Shown: piece by piece, positions 24,254 to 37,749 of the stretch
Position numbering within the stretch: the stretch's first letter is position 1
Layout of the letters: the number at the start of each line of letters is the position of its first letter
Assembly (NCBI RefSeq): GCF_036321535.1
Contig: NC_087437.1
Coordinates: forward strand, 79,796,001 to 79,860,000
From: Camelus dromedarius
Taxonomy: Eukaryota
Direction: 5' to 3'
Length of the DNA: 64,000 nt
Program-made: the position numbers and the translations under genes
Notes under the pieces: generated by a model
Told to the model about the DNA's origin: nothing
What the model saw: only the letters and a program-made list of their open reading frames with translations
The model's database searches: none

Positions 24254-24464
24254 CTGCACTGTCCAATATGGTAGCTACTAGCCATGGGTGGATATTGAAA
24301 TGTAAAGTAATTACGATTAAACAGAATTTTAAATTCAGCTTCTCAGTCACACTAGTCACACGTCAAGAGCTCAGTCACCACATGTAGCTAGTGGCTACCA
24401 TACTGGACAGCACAGATGTTACAGAACATTTCCATCGCCTCATGAATTTCTATTGGACAACACT
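24254..24464 (-). mobile_element. MER3 hAT-Charlie MITE
   Basis: Internally palindromic 'ctgtccaatatggtagctactagcca...gctagtggctaccatactggacag...aacatttccatc...ttctattggacaac'. Confidence 0.85.
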
Positions 24465-24896
24465 ACTTTCGAGAAAGTCTCACGGACTGAAGAGCTAGAA
24501 ATCTAACCTGGTCTTCCTGAAGTATTAGAAGTCAGAGGGTTTTTTTGTTCCCTACTTAATGTAGGAATTCAATATATACTGGTTAGAATGTGATTATTAT
24601 GTAGGTGAAAAACAAAACTAACATGTTAGAATTTACTTATCGATGCACATTACACGAAAGGGAAAACAAAACATCCAAGCTGTGATGTACTTACATTCTC
24701 TGCTCCTGGTGGAAGCTCTGACTCTAGCAAGCAATCTTTGGTACGACTGAAGCTCATTTAATCCTCAATTTATCACACACCCACTATGAGCAAGTTGATG
24801 ATCTACACATTTTGTTGCAGGGGGGAAAAAAGTCAAGAAAACACTTTCCATTCTAATGGGGAAGATTGTCATGTATTTAAATAAATATGGCATAAG

Positions 24897-25088
24897 CAGG
24901 GGCATTTCCAGGCTTTGTGGGGCCTTGAAACTCATGAAATTTACAGAGCACTTAAAAAAACAAGAACTCGCCCAAATTGGAAATATATAAAACTATATAT
25001 ATAAAACTCCCAGAGTGTTGAAATTAGTCTGTGCAAGAAAGTGTTCCTGAAAACCGAGCTTCATTAGTTTGCTGTAAAGCCACTTCTG
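24897..25088. mobile_element. MER53-like hAT MITE
   Basis: About 190 bp. The ends 'caggggcatttccaggctttgtggggcc' and 'agcttcattagtt..tgtaaagccacttctg' resemble MER53 termini. Confidence 0.55.
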
Positions 25089-25440
25089 AGTATTAAACAA
25101 AATGTAACAAAGGGCTGTGTGCAAACAGCAGGAGAAATAACCGTAAGAGAAAGGACTAGACCTGGCATTTTCATAGAAAAAGGACTGAGAGTTAACACTC
25201 GATAGTGTTGAAATGATAGTGTTTACGCCTGGCTTGAGGACTCTGTGAGGGCAGGGAGGGTTGGTGTCGTATTTTACTTTTTATATTTCTCACAACTTTT
25301 ATAGGGAGAATGCATTCTTATGTACCTCTGTCTAAAAATAGAGTCTGCCGATTTTGTACACACACACACACACACACATAAAGAAAGATGATACTTGAAT
25401 TAGGCGTTGAAGTCTGGCTTGATATAAAAAGATGGGGGAG

Positions 25441-25798
25441 TGTCTTAGCTCAGGCTGATCTAATGAGATACTAGAGACAGACATTTACTTCTCACAGTTT
25501 TGGACACTTGGAAGTTCGAGGTCAAGATGCCAGCACAGTGAGGTTCTAGTGAGGGTTCTCTTCCTGGCTTGCAGATGGCTGCCTTCTGTGTCCTCACATG
25601 GTGGAGGGGTGGGTTGGGGTAAGGAAGATTTCTGGTCTCTTTATATAAGGGCATTAATTCCATCATGAAGATCCCACCCTCGTGACTTCATCTAAATTTA
25701 ACTATCTCCCAAAGGCTCCACTTCCTAACCACACTGGGGTGTAGTTAATGCTTCAACATATAAATTTTGGGGGAACACACACATTCAGTCCATAACAG
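25441..25798 (-). mobile_element. MLT1A/B-type MaLR solo LTR
   Basis: TG...CA ends. Contains 'atttacttctcacagttttgga..ggaagttcgaggtcaagatgccagca...cttcctggcttgcagatggctgccttct...cacattcagtccataaca'. Near-TSD gggag/gagag. Confidence 0.85.
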
Positions 25799-27004
25799 AG
25801 AGAGAGTCAATCCTGAAGAAAGGAATAGAACTTGCAAGGATATAAAGTGAAAAATGAAGAGAATGTTTGAGCATCTCTTATAAGGATGGCTGCTTTCACG
25901 ACTCCTCGTTCCATATTACAAAGTTCTCTGCCTGGCATAATATAACATCCACAATTTCATCTTGACATCCTAGGGAGAAAAGAAATGGTAAATGCTCAAA
26001 ATGTATTGAGACTTAAATGTAATACAATAATTCAGCTGTGTAAAATGGGAAACACAGGCCATCTAGCTAGTAACAAACAAACAGAAGAGCACCTACAGGT
26101 TCTTACATGTGTGTACTCACCAGTCCCTGTGTCAGGGTGGCCTCTTCCAGGTATCTGTGTTCTCTTTTTTGACCTGAATTAAAGAATTACAACGAAGAAT
26201 GCCGCAGGTTCCAAAGTTTAGCTCAATGGATATTCTGCATAAAAAGTACTATCATACTTTTCTCTGAATATCTTTTATTAAATTTACAGGTCTCTTTCTG
26301 AGTTCCATGATCTTCTCTGGAGATATCTGCTTTGTATTTTGTGTACATCTGAGACTCTAGAACTGAAGTGAGCATTATAAGCTGAAGCAGTATACTCCAG
26401 CCTGGTAGGGCAGGTAGAGTCTAGCAAAGGACGGATCAGTATTTTTTTTATAACCATTGGAACAGTCTTCCTGAGTCTCTTAATTCAAGGTTTAATTCAA
26501 CAGCTTCAGTTCTTTTTCTTTTGGAACCCATGTTCCACAGGCAGGATCAAGATCTCAACCATTAAAATGATTCTACCAACATGTGTGAAGCACTTACTTT
26601 ACGCAAGACACTCTCCTACAATGAGAATAAAAAACAATAAGACATAGTCCTACTTTCCAAGGAGTCATACTTAGCGCTCTCTGTTCCCACATGGTGTACT
26701 CGTGAGATCCACGAATGAAATAAATCAATGAAATAACTAAAATAGGAGAAAGAAATATAAATGGAAAAATTATAATGTATTAATTAGATGAATAAGATGT
26801 TGACCATGTTTTTCTCGAATATCAATTCTGACAATCATAATTTTACATAACATGTTTATTGTATATCAATGTGTTTGTAAGAAATTGTTCCTAGTTTGTA
26901 AAACAGAATTGGGTTAACAAATTTCAATATGTATTAAAGAACATGATGTTCCACTGAAGATACCACTAACACTAGTTGCTCCCATCAACTCTATTCAAAA
27001 ATGG

Positions 27005-27517
27005 GATGACTGGATAAAGAAGTTGTAGTATATTTATACAATGGAATACTACTCGGCCATAAAAAATAATAAAATAATGCCATTTGCAGCAACATGGATG
27101 GACCTGGAAAATGTCATTCTAAGTGAAGTAAGCCAGAAAGAGAAAGAAAAATACCACATGATATTACTTATATGTATGAATCTAAAAAAAAAAAGCTAAA
27201 CAAACTTATTTACAAAACAGAAAAAGACTCACAGACATAGAAAACAAACTTATGGTTACCGGGGGGAAGGAAGTGGGATGAGATAAATTGGGAGTGCGAG
27301 ATTTGCAGATACTAACTACTATATGTAATAGATAAACAACAAGTTTATATTGTAGTACAGGGAACTATATTCAATATCTTGTAGTAACTTATGGTTAAAA
27401 AAGAATATGACAACAAATATATGTATGTTCCTATATGACTGAAGTATTGTACTATACACCAGAAATTGACACAACATTGTAAACTGACTATACTTCAATA
27501 AAATATATTTTAAAAAA
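27005..27517 (+). mobile_element. 5'-truncated L1 (ORF2 C-terminus plus 3'UTR)
   Basis: 'atggaatactactcggccataaaaa...atgccatttgcagcaacatggatggacctgg' followed by 3'UTR, AATAAA and an A tail. Possible decayed TSD aaaaatgggat/aaaagtaggat. Confidence 0.92.
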
Positions 27518-28084
27518 GTAGGATCGCAAAACACTTTTTCTAACTGACAGGTTTCCATATATACCATGTGTATGTTGCCCAAATGGTTCGTATCTTTTCT
27601 TAGGTTCCCCTTGTTCTATCAGAGATGCAGTTTACCAAATAAATTAGAATATTCATCATTTTACTGGAAACATTTGTGGTAAAGGAGAGTACTACATCTC
27701 ATGGGTCACACTATTTCACTAGAAAAAAAATTCTATGAGGTATGAATATCCTCCCAAGACACTCATCTCGAGTACCAATCATTGTGTCTCCTTTTTCTTC
27801 TGACCCACCAGGCAGCAAATCATAGCACAGCTCAAACTTACTCTTCACTTTCCTTCCTCCTTTTCCATTCAAAGTATCTTTCTCTTCATCCTGAAATAGA
27901 GGACACATAACACAGAACAGTCACTTATAAATCTTAGAGAGAGCTTAACAAAAATCTTCTCAAATATCATCTGCCAGGATGTTACTTCTCCACATATCAT
28001 TATGTAAAGACTTATTTAATTAAACCTTCTAAATACATAGGACTATATGACTCCATAGCTTTGATACAATTAGAAGAAAGAAAT

Positions 28085-28372
28085 AATAATAATGGCTAAT
28101 ATTTAATGAATGTTTACTGTGTGTCAGGCACTGTTCTAATAGTTTTATATAAGTAATGTCATTTAGTGCTCAAAATAATCTTACAATCTCCACACTATAT
28201 CCACATTTAATACCCACATTTAGTTAATCTTCATTTTATTATAGCCACATTTAATAAACCTGAAAACTGAAGCAGAGAGGCTAAGCAACTTGCCACTCAG
28301 CTAACATGGTAGAGCTGGGACTTTTAATCGAAGCTCAGATACCAAAGCACAATTAGCCACTTTATCACAGTG
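28085..28372 (-). mobile_element. MIR SINE
   Basis: 'aataatggctaatatttaatgaatgtttactgtgtgtcaggcactgttcta...gaaaactgaagcagagaggctaagcaacttgcc'. Confidence 0.75.
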
Positions 28373-29199
28373 CCTCAGCCAGGAACTAAACCCCTAGCCC
28401 TATTCTAATTCAGCAGGGGATACTAGCAGAAAATTACATAGAGTCACAGGGTAAACATTCAATATACAGCATTTCTGTGTAAGAAAAGAGCTTCAATGTG
28501 TGGCTCTGGATCCTTGCACATAGAAATTAGATGTTGAACTAGATGAGTGGTCTAGTTAGGTAGGAACCAGAAAAAAAATCCACAAGATTTTCTGAAATCT
28601 ACAATATTTGTCATTAAAAGAGATGTTCTTTTTCATTGTTTTTATGCCATTTAATTAATATACGGTTATAGCCAATTAAGGCAAAGACAGTGCTTTTAAA
28701 TTCTTTTCAGTCTTCTAAAATTTCAAACATAGTTCTTCACAAATGTAAAAAGTCCATAAATATCACAGGAAGAAATAACAGACAAAGACAAAGGTGGAGT
28801 TAGATAAAAGAAAGTAAAGTGTAGTGAGCATTTGTTCAATTATTTTGTTTAAACCATTCCGCTCAAAAAGCTTTATGATTTACTTAGAGAAATATGATTT
28901 TTCAAGGTGCTTGCATCTCCTACTTTTTCTTTTCTGAATGATCACTTCTATATAATTCACTATTTATAAGTTTTCTATTATGATACGGGCTGGAAAAATA
29001 AAATTGGAAAAAATTAAGATTTAATAACATTGTTTAGAGTTGATAAGAGGTTCACTGAGGACAAACGGAAATGTAACTGGATAAAATCAGATTTTGAGAA
29101 TTTCCCTGTATATTGCAATAATATGCAGTTACTTTAAAAATACAATGTTTAAATATACCTATATCTTTTCATTTTACAAGGTGTGTTAACATAATTTCT

Positions 29200-30680
29200 G
29201 ATTTATTCCTCAGGAGAAACTTACAAAATCAAGGAATAACTTGATAAATGGAGAGCAATTCAGTAGGAACCACAAATATCATAAAAACGAATATTTTCCC
29301 AAGTTAATCTAAATATTAAATGCTACTTCACACAATATTCCAACAAGGTACTCTGTAGACTTGTACAAATTGATCTTCAAATCCACATGGGGAAGAGTCG
29401 CAGATACTGTACCACTAAGACAGATCCAGAAATGCAAGAGAAGCAAAATGTCCCATCAGACATGATATCTTCATAAAGCTATTGTAACTGGAAGGTGATA
29501 ATTATAAGAGAATAAGTAAAAGGAAAAGAATGATGAGCCAGAACAAAAATCGGTGCACTTACAGAAATCTATTATACACCTGAGATAGCATTACACATCG
29601 ATGGGGTTGATTCAAGAAATGTGGGGGGACTAATGCATATTTCCTATAGGGAAACAGTAAACATAGCGCCCCATGCCAAGCAAAGCAGAATTCACTGTTC
29701 ACAAAAGAAGAGCTCGTAATGTCCACATGGTATTTGGAAAGATGTTTATCCTCACCTATAACCAAGGAAACAAGTAATAAGAACAATAAAATCCATTTTA
29801 TCAGATCAGATCGGCGAAATTTGAGAAGTTGGATAATAGTCAATTGGGCAAAGAGATAGAGAAATTGGAAATTCTTAAACATTGGTAAGAACATAAATTA
29901 GCAGAATCACCATGGAAAACAAATCAAGATCATCTAATAAGACTGGAAACATGTAAACTCTCTGAGCTAACAACTCCATGTCTCATATGATATTGAGGAA
30001 ACACTCCCACAAGTGAACCAGGAGATACGTAAGAAATGTTCTTTGGAATGTTAGTAATAATAAAAAATGGAAAATAAAATTTCATCAGCTGTATTCTCTC
30101 ATTTAGAGAACACATATATTGCTCCTCCTACAAGCTGGAACTATTCTAAAGGGTTGGTAATTTATTTGATTTTCATAGCAACTCCATGATCTAGGTACTA
30201 TTACAATCTCCATTTTGCAGATGAGAAAACTGAAGCACAGAGAGGTTAAGTAACTCCTCAAGGTCCCACAGCAATAAATGGTTACAAACCCAGATGGTGT
30301 GGCTCCAGATTCTATGCTTTCTCTTAAGCATCAAGCTGTGTTGTTTCTCACACATTAGAGAATTAAATAATTTATGCTATAAGATAGCGTGTGTTATTGT
30401 GAACAGATCTTTAAAATTATAATGAAGAGGGGAAAAGCAAGTTTCAGGATACTGTGTACACTTTGATAGCATCTGCATAAGTTTTAAAAAGATGTAGGTG
30501 CACAATATTATTTTTTTTCATTCATATATGTGTACATTCCTGTATGTGACTGGAAGAACTCATATTAAATTTATGAAGTGGGTGATTCTGGGGGGATGGG
30601 AAAGGAAATAAGACTGGGGATAGGAGACTAAGAGGCTTTCAGGTTTATATTTAAATGTGGGGTAAAGAAAACCTTTAATG
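29200..30680 (+). mobile_element. Old L1 (L1ME-type) ORF2/3'UTR fragments interrupted by a MIR
   Basis: Decayed L1 phrases 'ttcccaagttaatcta..aaatgc', 'aaattgatcttcaaatccacatgg', 'ggaaagatgtttatcctcac' and 'accatggaaaacaa'. Confidence 0.6.
30150..30335 (-). mobile_element. MIR SINE
   Basis: 'ctccattttgcagatgagaaaactgaagcacagagaggttaagtaact..caaggtc'. Confidence 0.85.
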
Positions 30681-32248
30681 AAATATGTGTGTGTGTGTGT
30701 AAACTCTAATGTACTGGTGAAGACAGAGGCTCCAAGAGGTTGTGGCTTACTCAAGGACAGTTAGAAAATAGCAGAACTAGAAACCAGACTCAAGATAGAG
30801 TTTTATATTCTAAATCCAAGGTTTTCTCCTTTTAAACTTTGCCTAACCAGGTATTTGCTACATATATTTAAGCTGCCTAAAAACAGTTGAAAAAGAGATT
30901 ATAGTGAAATATAATCTATTTTACCCCAAAATCTTTCCTGATTATTAATTTACCTATTAATGCACACAACAATATTTACTGAACAACTGTTTTGCACAAG
31001 CCATTATGTTTAGGGACTAGATGTAGGTTGACACTCAAGTGAAGTATGAATCTATGGCCCCTGGTTTACAAAACCAGGGCTCCAATCACTGTCAGCAAAA
31101 AGAGGCTGCAAAGCTAGTAACTGTTCATTATTTGAGCTTCTGGAAGAAAATCTCTGCAAGTCTGACAAGGGGTTATCTTTATGCATTATTTTTCTTCATG
31201 GTGTAATAATAATTTCAAGCACTATTATCGTTATTATTATTCTCTGTAATCATATAATAATCATGATACCACATTTCTAACCCTCCAGAGAGAAAAGGAA
31301 AAATCTACTGGGAAGATGATGAGAGAGATTAGACCAAATGGTCTTGATAAATTTTCTATTGTAATTTTAAACAAAGCCCTAGACGCCATCTGACTAATTG
31401 CAGATATTTTTGGAAAGCTTGAAGGTCTCCAAATAATTAGGTTGGGAAGCGGGGGGGAATCAGTTAGGAAGCTGATATCTCCCTGGACACGGCTGCAGAC
31501 TGGCAAGTGGCCTGCAGGCCGTGGTGATGCTGGCAGTGTGAGCCCCAGGCGGTCCATCTTGGAGACTAATTTGGGCTCAGAAGCAAGGGCGTGTTTATCC
31601 AATTCAGGAAAGCATTCTGACCATGAGAAGTATTTCAAAGCAAAGTTTCATAGAAGAAAGAGGAAACTTGAAATTCAATTTAAAATGTATTCTTTATAAG
31701 CTGAACAAACAACAGTTTTATGTGCACTAACCAAGATGCTCTGTCATTCCTCATCAGTCACTGTTACGTTCAAATTCCTGTGCTAAGGAATAAAGAAGTG
31801 TCCGGGGGACTGGTAAATCCTGATTGGCTTCATTAAGCCTGCCAAAAACAAAACAAAACCAAAATTGATAAAGGCATCTTATGACGATCTGGCTATCAGG
31901 ATTATTCTCATCCAACAAAACTAATCTGAGACACTGAAAGGAACATTAATAGAAGTGTTTTTAAATTTAAGGAAAAGATGATGATAAATATCAATGTTGG
32001 CAGCAGGAAGGCTATGTTTTAGCTATAAGATCTAAAAGGAAGAAAAAGTTCTTCCTTGCCAACAGTCTTCATTTCTTTATTTAAACTCTGATTTCTTGCA
32101 AAGATCATTTCTTTCTGATGAGAATATTGATAGCAGCTTTTGTAATAGCCACAGCAGAGTGATGCAGAAATATGGCTTTTACACCCAGTAGATTCAATGC
32201 ATGCTTTTATAGCCTATATTCTAAGGTCTTTGCGTATTTCAACATAGG

Positions 32249-32695
32249 TATATTCATTTCCAAGAGGAGATATAACAAACTACCTCAGGCTTGAAACATG
32301 AGAAATTTCTTCTCTCACAGTTCTGAAGGCTTAGTCCAAAATCAAAGTCGGACAGTGCCATGCTCCCTGAGCAGGCTCTGGGGAAGAACTATTCTTTACC
32401 TCTTTCTTGCTTCTGGTGGTTGCCAGCAACCTCGGTGTTCCTTGGTTTATAGTTGCATCACTCCAATCTCTGCCTCTGTTATCACACAGACTTCTTTCTT
32501 CTGAGAGTGTCTGTACGTCCCCAAAAGGCCCTCTTGTTTAACACTAGTCATTGCACTGGGGGCCTACCTTAATCCAGAGCAGCCTCATCTTAACTTGATT
32601 ACATCTGCAAAGACCTGTCTCCAAATTAGGGCACAACTGCAGGCACCAGGGATTAGGATTTGAGCATATCTTTTTAGAGAAAGCAATTCAACCAG
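32249..32695 (-). mobile_element. MLT1C/D-type MaLR LTR
   Basis: 'ctctcacagttctgaaggc..agtccaaaatcaa...gcttctggtggttgccagcaacc..gttccttgg...catcactccaatctctgcctc...ttacatctgcaaagacc'. Confidence 0.85.
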
Positions 32696-33019
32696 TTAAA
32701 AATAGGTTAAATGCATATTTGAATTTCCTGAACCTAGAAGGCAGGAACAGATGAGGGAAATGACTTTCTCAGCATTAGCTAGCTATTTAATGTTTTTTTA
32801 ATGCAATCATGAGGTTACAAGGCAGGAAAGGCCTTTCTGTACGGTCACACAGAGCAAGACTAGGCATGCAATCCCATGAATCCTGATTTCCTACATATAA
32901 GATAGGCAAAAAGGGGTATATACAGCCACGTCAAGAGCTAGGCCCTAGCAGGTCATGAACTATAACACTTAGACTCTGGAAATAAGGACAGGGGATGGCA
33001 GTGGGGAACGGGAAGGAAG

Positions 33020-33140
33020 CCTGTCATGCCAATTTCACAGAAAAGAAAACTGAGGAACAGAGACATTGCATACACCGTCCAAAGTCCAGGAGCTAACCAG
33101 TGGCAGGACTGGGATTCAAAGTCTTTCAGCCTGGGCCCAG
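33020..33140 (-). mobile_element. MIR SINE fragment
   Basis: 'atttcacagaaaagaaaactgagg...agctaaccagtggcaggactgggattcaaa'. Confidence 0.65.
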
Positions 33141-33842
33141 AGATCCTAAATTTTTCACAATTGTATTTATTCTTAAAGAAATGGTTCAAAGGAAACTGTT
33201 CTAGCTCTACGTGGTAATATCGTATCAGTTATTCCTTATAAGCTGATACACACAAGTACCTTTGCCTAGACCTTCCCTGGGCATCTAATTCCCCCAAGAA
33301 ATCTCTTACAAGCTCTAAGGCAGCTGAAGTTCTATATTCCTGTTCCTGGGCATTTCTTTGTACCAGAGACATAGCGGATAAATCCCTTCAGATACTGTTG
33401 TAAATATCTAGGCACAATTCTACTTCAGACAAACCAATTTACTTGCATTTCCCCCAAGTTCCATGCTCTACAGAGCACTGTGCCTTGCCCAAGCTGTCCA
33501 CTTCCCTCATAAGGATTCACCATTCTCTTCCTCCCAAACATCTTGGCCAACTGTTACTTAGAATTCCAAGCTACATTTAAAGTGCTACCCCCACACAGAT
33601 TCATTTCTTGATCCCTCTCCACCACCCAGACTGAGCTTAATTCTCTTCCCCTGTGACCCTGTTTGGGACCCATAGCAGTAGGTATTCCTACCAACCAAAC
33701 ATTAATTCACACCTTACTTCTTTCTAACCGAACCTGGAAAATATTCAATTAACCAAGCCCATTCACAAATCTAGGTAGTCAGAGAAAGCTCACCCATCTC
33801 CAGCTTAAAGGATGCCCTTGATTTTTGTTATAATTGTATCAT

Positions 33843-34320
33843 TGTATCGGTAAGCTGTTGCCAACCACACATTTCAGCAGTTTAAAGCGACTGCAGTTTG
33901 TTATTGATCATGATTGTGCAGGTTGGCTAATCTTCTGGTCTGTGCCAGCTCAGCTGGAGCTGGATCTGGAATGACCTCAGTTGGATGGTCTTCAGCTTCA
34001 GCTGGGACCTTAGCTAAAACGGTTTGGAAAGCTGAGAGCCTCTATCTCCCTTTGGGCTCTCATCCTCCAGCAGAAAAAACTAGGCTTCTTTACTTGGTAG
34101 GAGATGGTTCTCTAGCAGCAAGAGAGGGCAAACCCCAGTGCACAAGCATTTTCAAGTTTTTGCTTTGTTCACAATTTTTAATGCCTATTAGCCAAAGCAA
34201 ATCACATGACCAGGCCTATATTCCAGAGATGGAGAGAGACAGTCTCCTCCTGGAGCAGCGAAGTCACATTGCAAAGGGGTGAATCTACGGAATGGGAAGA
34301 GTTACAGCTGACTTTATCAA
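33843..34320 (-). mobile_element. Older MLT1 (F-K group) MaLR LTR
   Basis: 'ctctcatcctccagcag..actaggcttctttac...ttagccaaagcaaatcacatgacc...aagtcacattgcaaaggggtg'. Confidence 0.75.
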
Positions 34321-34329
34321 TAAGACCTG

Positions 34330-34582
34330 AAGCGATCACCTTATTTAAAACTGTAACTTAGCCCCACCCAAGCAGTACTGATCCCCTTTAACCAGCTCTC
34401 ATTTCCACAGTGCATGCCACATTCTAACATGCTGTTATTTACTTATTATGTCTGTCGTTTATTGTTCTGTCTCCTCCTTTACAATACGTTTTCCCAAGGT
34501 AGAAATCTTTGTTCACTAATTGATTCACTTAGAAGAGTATCTGACATATGGCAGGGGCTCAAGAAATATTATCTGAATGAAA
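34330..34582 (+). mobile_element. L2a 3' end
   Basis: 'tcaccttatttaaaactg...tttattgttctgtctcctc...tctgacatatggcaggggctcaagaaatattatctgaatgaa'. Confidence 0.75.
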
Positions 34583-37500
34583 GTGTGAAAGGCCTGTTAA
34601 TAATCTAAGGCCAGTGGGAACCTCATATTCAGCCACAGAAAGCATCTCATTCACATCAAAAAGATTGCAGATAGAACATTTCTAGCAATCAGGAGGGCCT
34701 GGATTGGAATGGTCCTTGAAGAATCCATTAAAACTGTTCTAAGGGATAAAATTCCATCTTAAAAAAATAGATGCATATAACAAAATTACAGCAATAATCT
34801 GAAAGTCTGGCACCAGTTTGTGACAGTATTAGTCAAATTATAACTTTCCTGCCTCTTTTGAGTTAGAGGCATAAGTCGGTGGAAGAGGCCAATCAGCTCC
34901 TCCCCCCGACCCATTAGGCAATGGCTAAAGGGTAATAGAACTGAGCTGGGAAGAGGGAAGTACCTGGAACTCAAATGAAGTTTGAAGCTTTAATTATCAC
35001 ATGAAAAGAGGCCTATAAATTGTTGACCAGAGAGCTTTGATGGGACTGTCTGAAAGCGATCAGAAAAATCATGGGGCTTCCGAGAAATTCCACCCAAGAG
35101 AAGGGGAAATAGCAGGCCCCTACTGAACAAATTAAAAGAACAGTGTGTGTAGGGGGGTGGGGAGAGGGATAAAAGTACTTTATCCCACAATCCATACCTG
35201 TCAAACGTAATGGTTACATTGTCTCTCCAATGGTGAGAGCTGCAGGTGCAAAATGACTCATTCCTTATTCTTAGGAACACCTTCTACGTGGAGGCTAGGA
35301 ATCCTTACCAGAGACATGAAAGAAGAGTGCTAACAGTTACTGAATATATGCAAGGGAATAGGTGCAGTGCAGGAGCTATTTCATAAAATCTTTCCCAAAT
35401 TCTATAAACTAAGTATTACTATTACCATTTCATATACGAGGAAATCAAAGCACAGAAAAATTAATGCCCAGTCAGACAGGAAATAGAGGAGCTTAGCTTG
35501 AAAGTGGGTTCTTACTGACTCTAAAGGCCATACTCTTCTGTTAGAAACCGCTGCCTTCGATACTGAAGCAGAATCAGATAAAAATCTTCTCCTCAATTAG
35601 TTTATCACCTTGTGATGTCATAAGAGCCTGGAGCGTGTCCATAAGTCACCACCACACAAGGTCCTAAGCGCTCTAGGAGATGCACTGGGAAGTGAAAAGA
35701 GGAAGAAATTACTTCCAGCTGAGCATCAGGGAGAACTTCTCAGAGGAAATGGGATTTTAAACTCCCCTCATAATTATCATGGAGCCAAAGCTCTGGTTGG
35801 TTTTCCCCACCTTCTTTCCTATCTTTGAGAATATTATGAGTCCTATTTATATTTTTTTCAAATTTTTAAATAATCAACTAAACTGAAAGTAACTTACTCA
35901 CTGTCTTCTCTCCTTCCTAAATATAGTTTCCTTTTTGTCACATACACACATACACAAAATGAAGTTAAAAAAAAGAGGACAGACTCCCCACCTGTATTTC
36001 TTTGTGTCTATGACAAATCAGTTCTTAAAGCAGGTTGATCTTCCACTACCACTGGGATGATCTAAAAATGAGTAAGTACCTAAATCATTATAAATTTTAT
36101 TAATTAGTATTTACACATGCTTTGACAAATATGATTATTTCTAGCATTTTCCTCATTCTGAATTTCTGAGTTGTTTATCATGCTAAATTGGCAGTATCAA
36201 TTATATCCTTTCAAGCCAGAAGAGCAAACATGCAATAAACATCACAGTACATATCACAAACTGTGAAATTCCAAGTCCTAATGTCTAAAAGGGTATAGCT
36301 AAACATGAAACTGAAGTGATTAAACATTATAAAGTAGAATAAGCACTTTATTTGGCCTAAAAGTACATATTTAAAAGTTATAAATGACAATAATGATTTT
36401 TATAATTATATACTCTAGTGTTATAAGTGAATATATAAGGATAATGGTGCAAATTTACATCACATTGTAAGTGGCTATTTGTAAATTGCATAGCTTTTCC
36501 TTAACCAACAATTTCAGAGCCCACTATGGAATAATAGACCAAAACTCTGCTCTGTGTAAACTGATCAAACATGAAACCCTAAATTCTGTTTAACCAACCT
36601 GATTCTTCTTAAGAGACTGATCTAAGTCTAAATTGAACCCAGACTGAGCAGTGAGAATCAATGAATCCCACATTTTAACTCTGCCCAATTTGGACATAGT
36701 CACAAAGTGTTATTTACGAATCACATAAATGAAGATTTACCACTTCAATCAGATTCATGATTAAGTAGAAGGAAATAAGGAAAACATTTGTTTTGATAAT
36801 TACCAAGTACCAGGTCCTTTACATATATTATTTTATTAAAATGGCACATGGTAGAACTAGGCTTTAAACATACAGACTCTGTTCCCAGAGCCAGGCACTT
36901 CAACACAACACCAAGAGTCTAATGCCAGGTGACAGCTAAGCTTTTATACCAATAAAAAAATTACTGATTCCACAATATGGCAAGATTTTGGAATTGCTAT
37001 TTGACCATGTGTTGCAGTTTGAAAACATGCAGAGAATGACAGAAGAGTTTGAACCAAGGGTGTTGTTTTACCCCAGATTCCTGTGAAAACGCCAATACAT
37101 TTTCAAGAGTCCTTCTAATGATTCCAGTTTGAACAGGTTGCCTTAATTCACCTAGTGATGAAACCAGTCTTTCTCCCCTCAGTTTCCCTCTTGTTCTTTT
37201 GTGGGTCCACAATTAGCAATGTAGGACTTAGAAGCAAGTGATGCCCAAAGTCCACAAAAACATATCACCCACGGCAACCACGTGGCTCCAGTTCAAGTAC
37301 AGGCTGACTTCACCTCCTGTCAGTATCCCACTCATGGTCCGTGGTGATTTCCTCTTTCCATCTTAACCTTTACCTCGTAGGGCACCCACAAAGAGCAAAG
37401 GCCACAGGGCAGCTCAGTAAAGTCGCTGCCCGACTGTGTGCTCGTTTCAGAGGTGCCAGCGCTGCTGTTGGAGTGGCTTTTGCTGCCACTCTGCTTAACT

Positions 37501-37749
37501 CATCCATCATCCAGTGTTGGGTCTAGAAGACCCCATCTGCAACCTCACACTTGTAGCCATACGGAACCCTGTAGTAATTTCTCTGTGGTGCAGGACCAGA
37601 AGTGAAATTGCTGGGCCACAGTTTATATGCATGGATAATTTGACTAATAACTACCAAGATTCTTCCCAGAATAGCTGCATCATTCCTGCAGAAATGCATG
37701 AAAATTTTTATTCTTAAGGTGGTTGTTCCTAACTTAAGATCTATACTTC

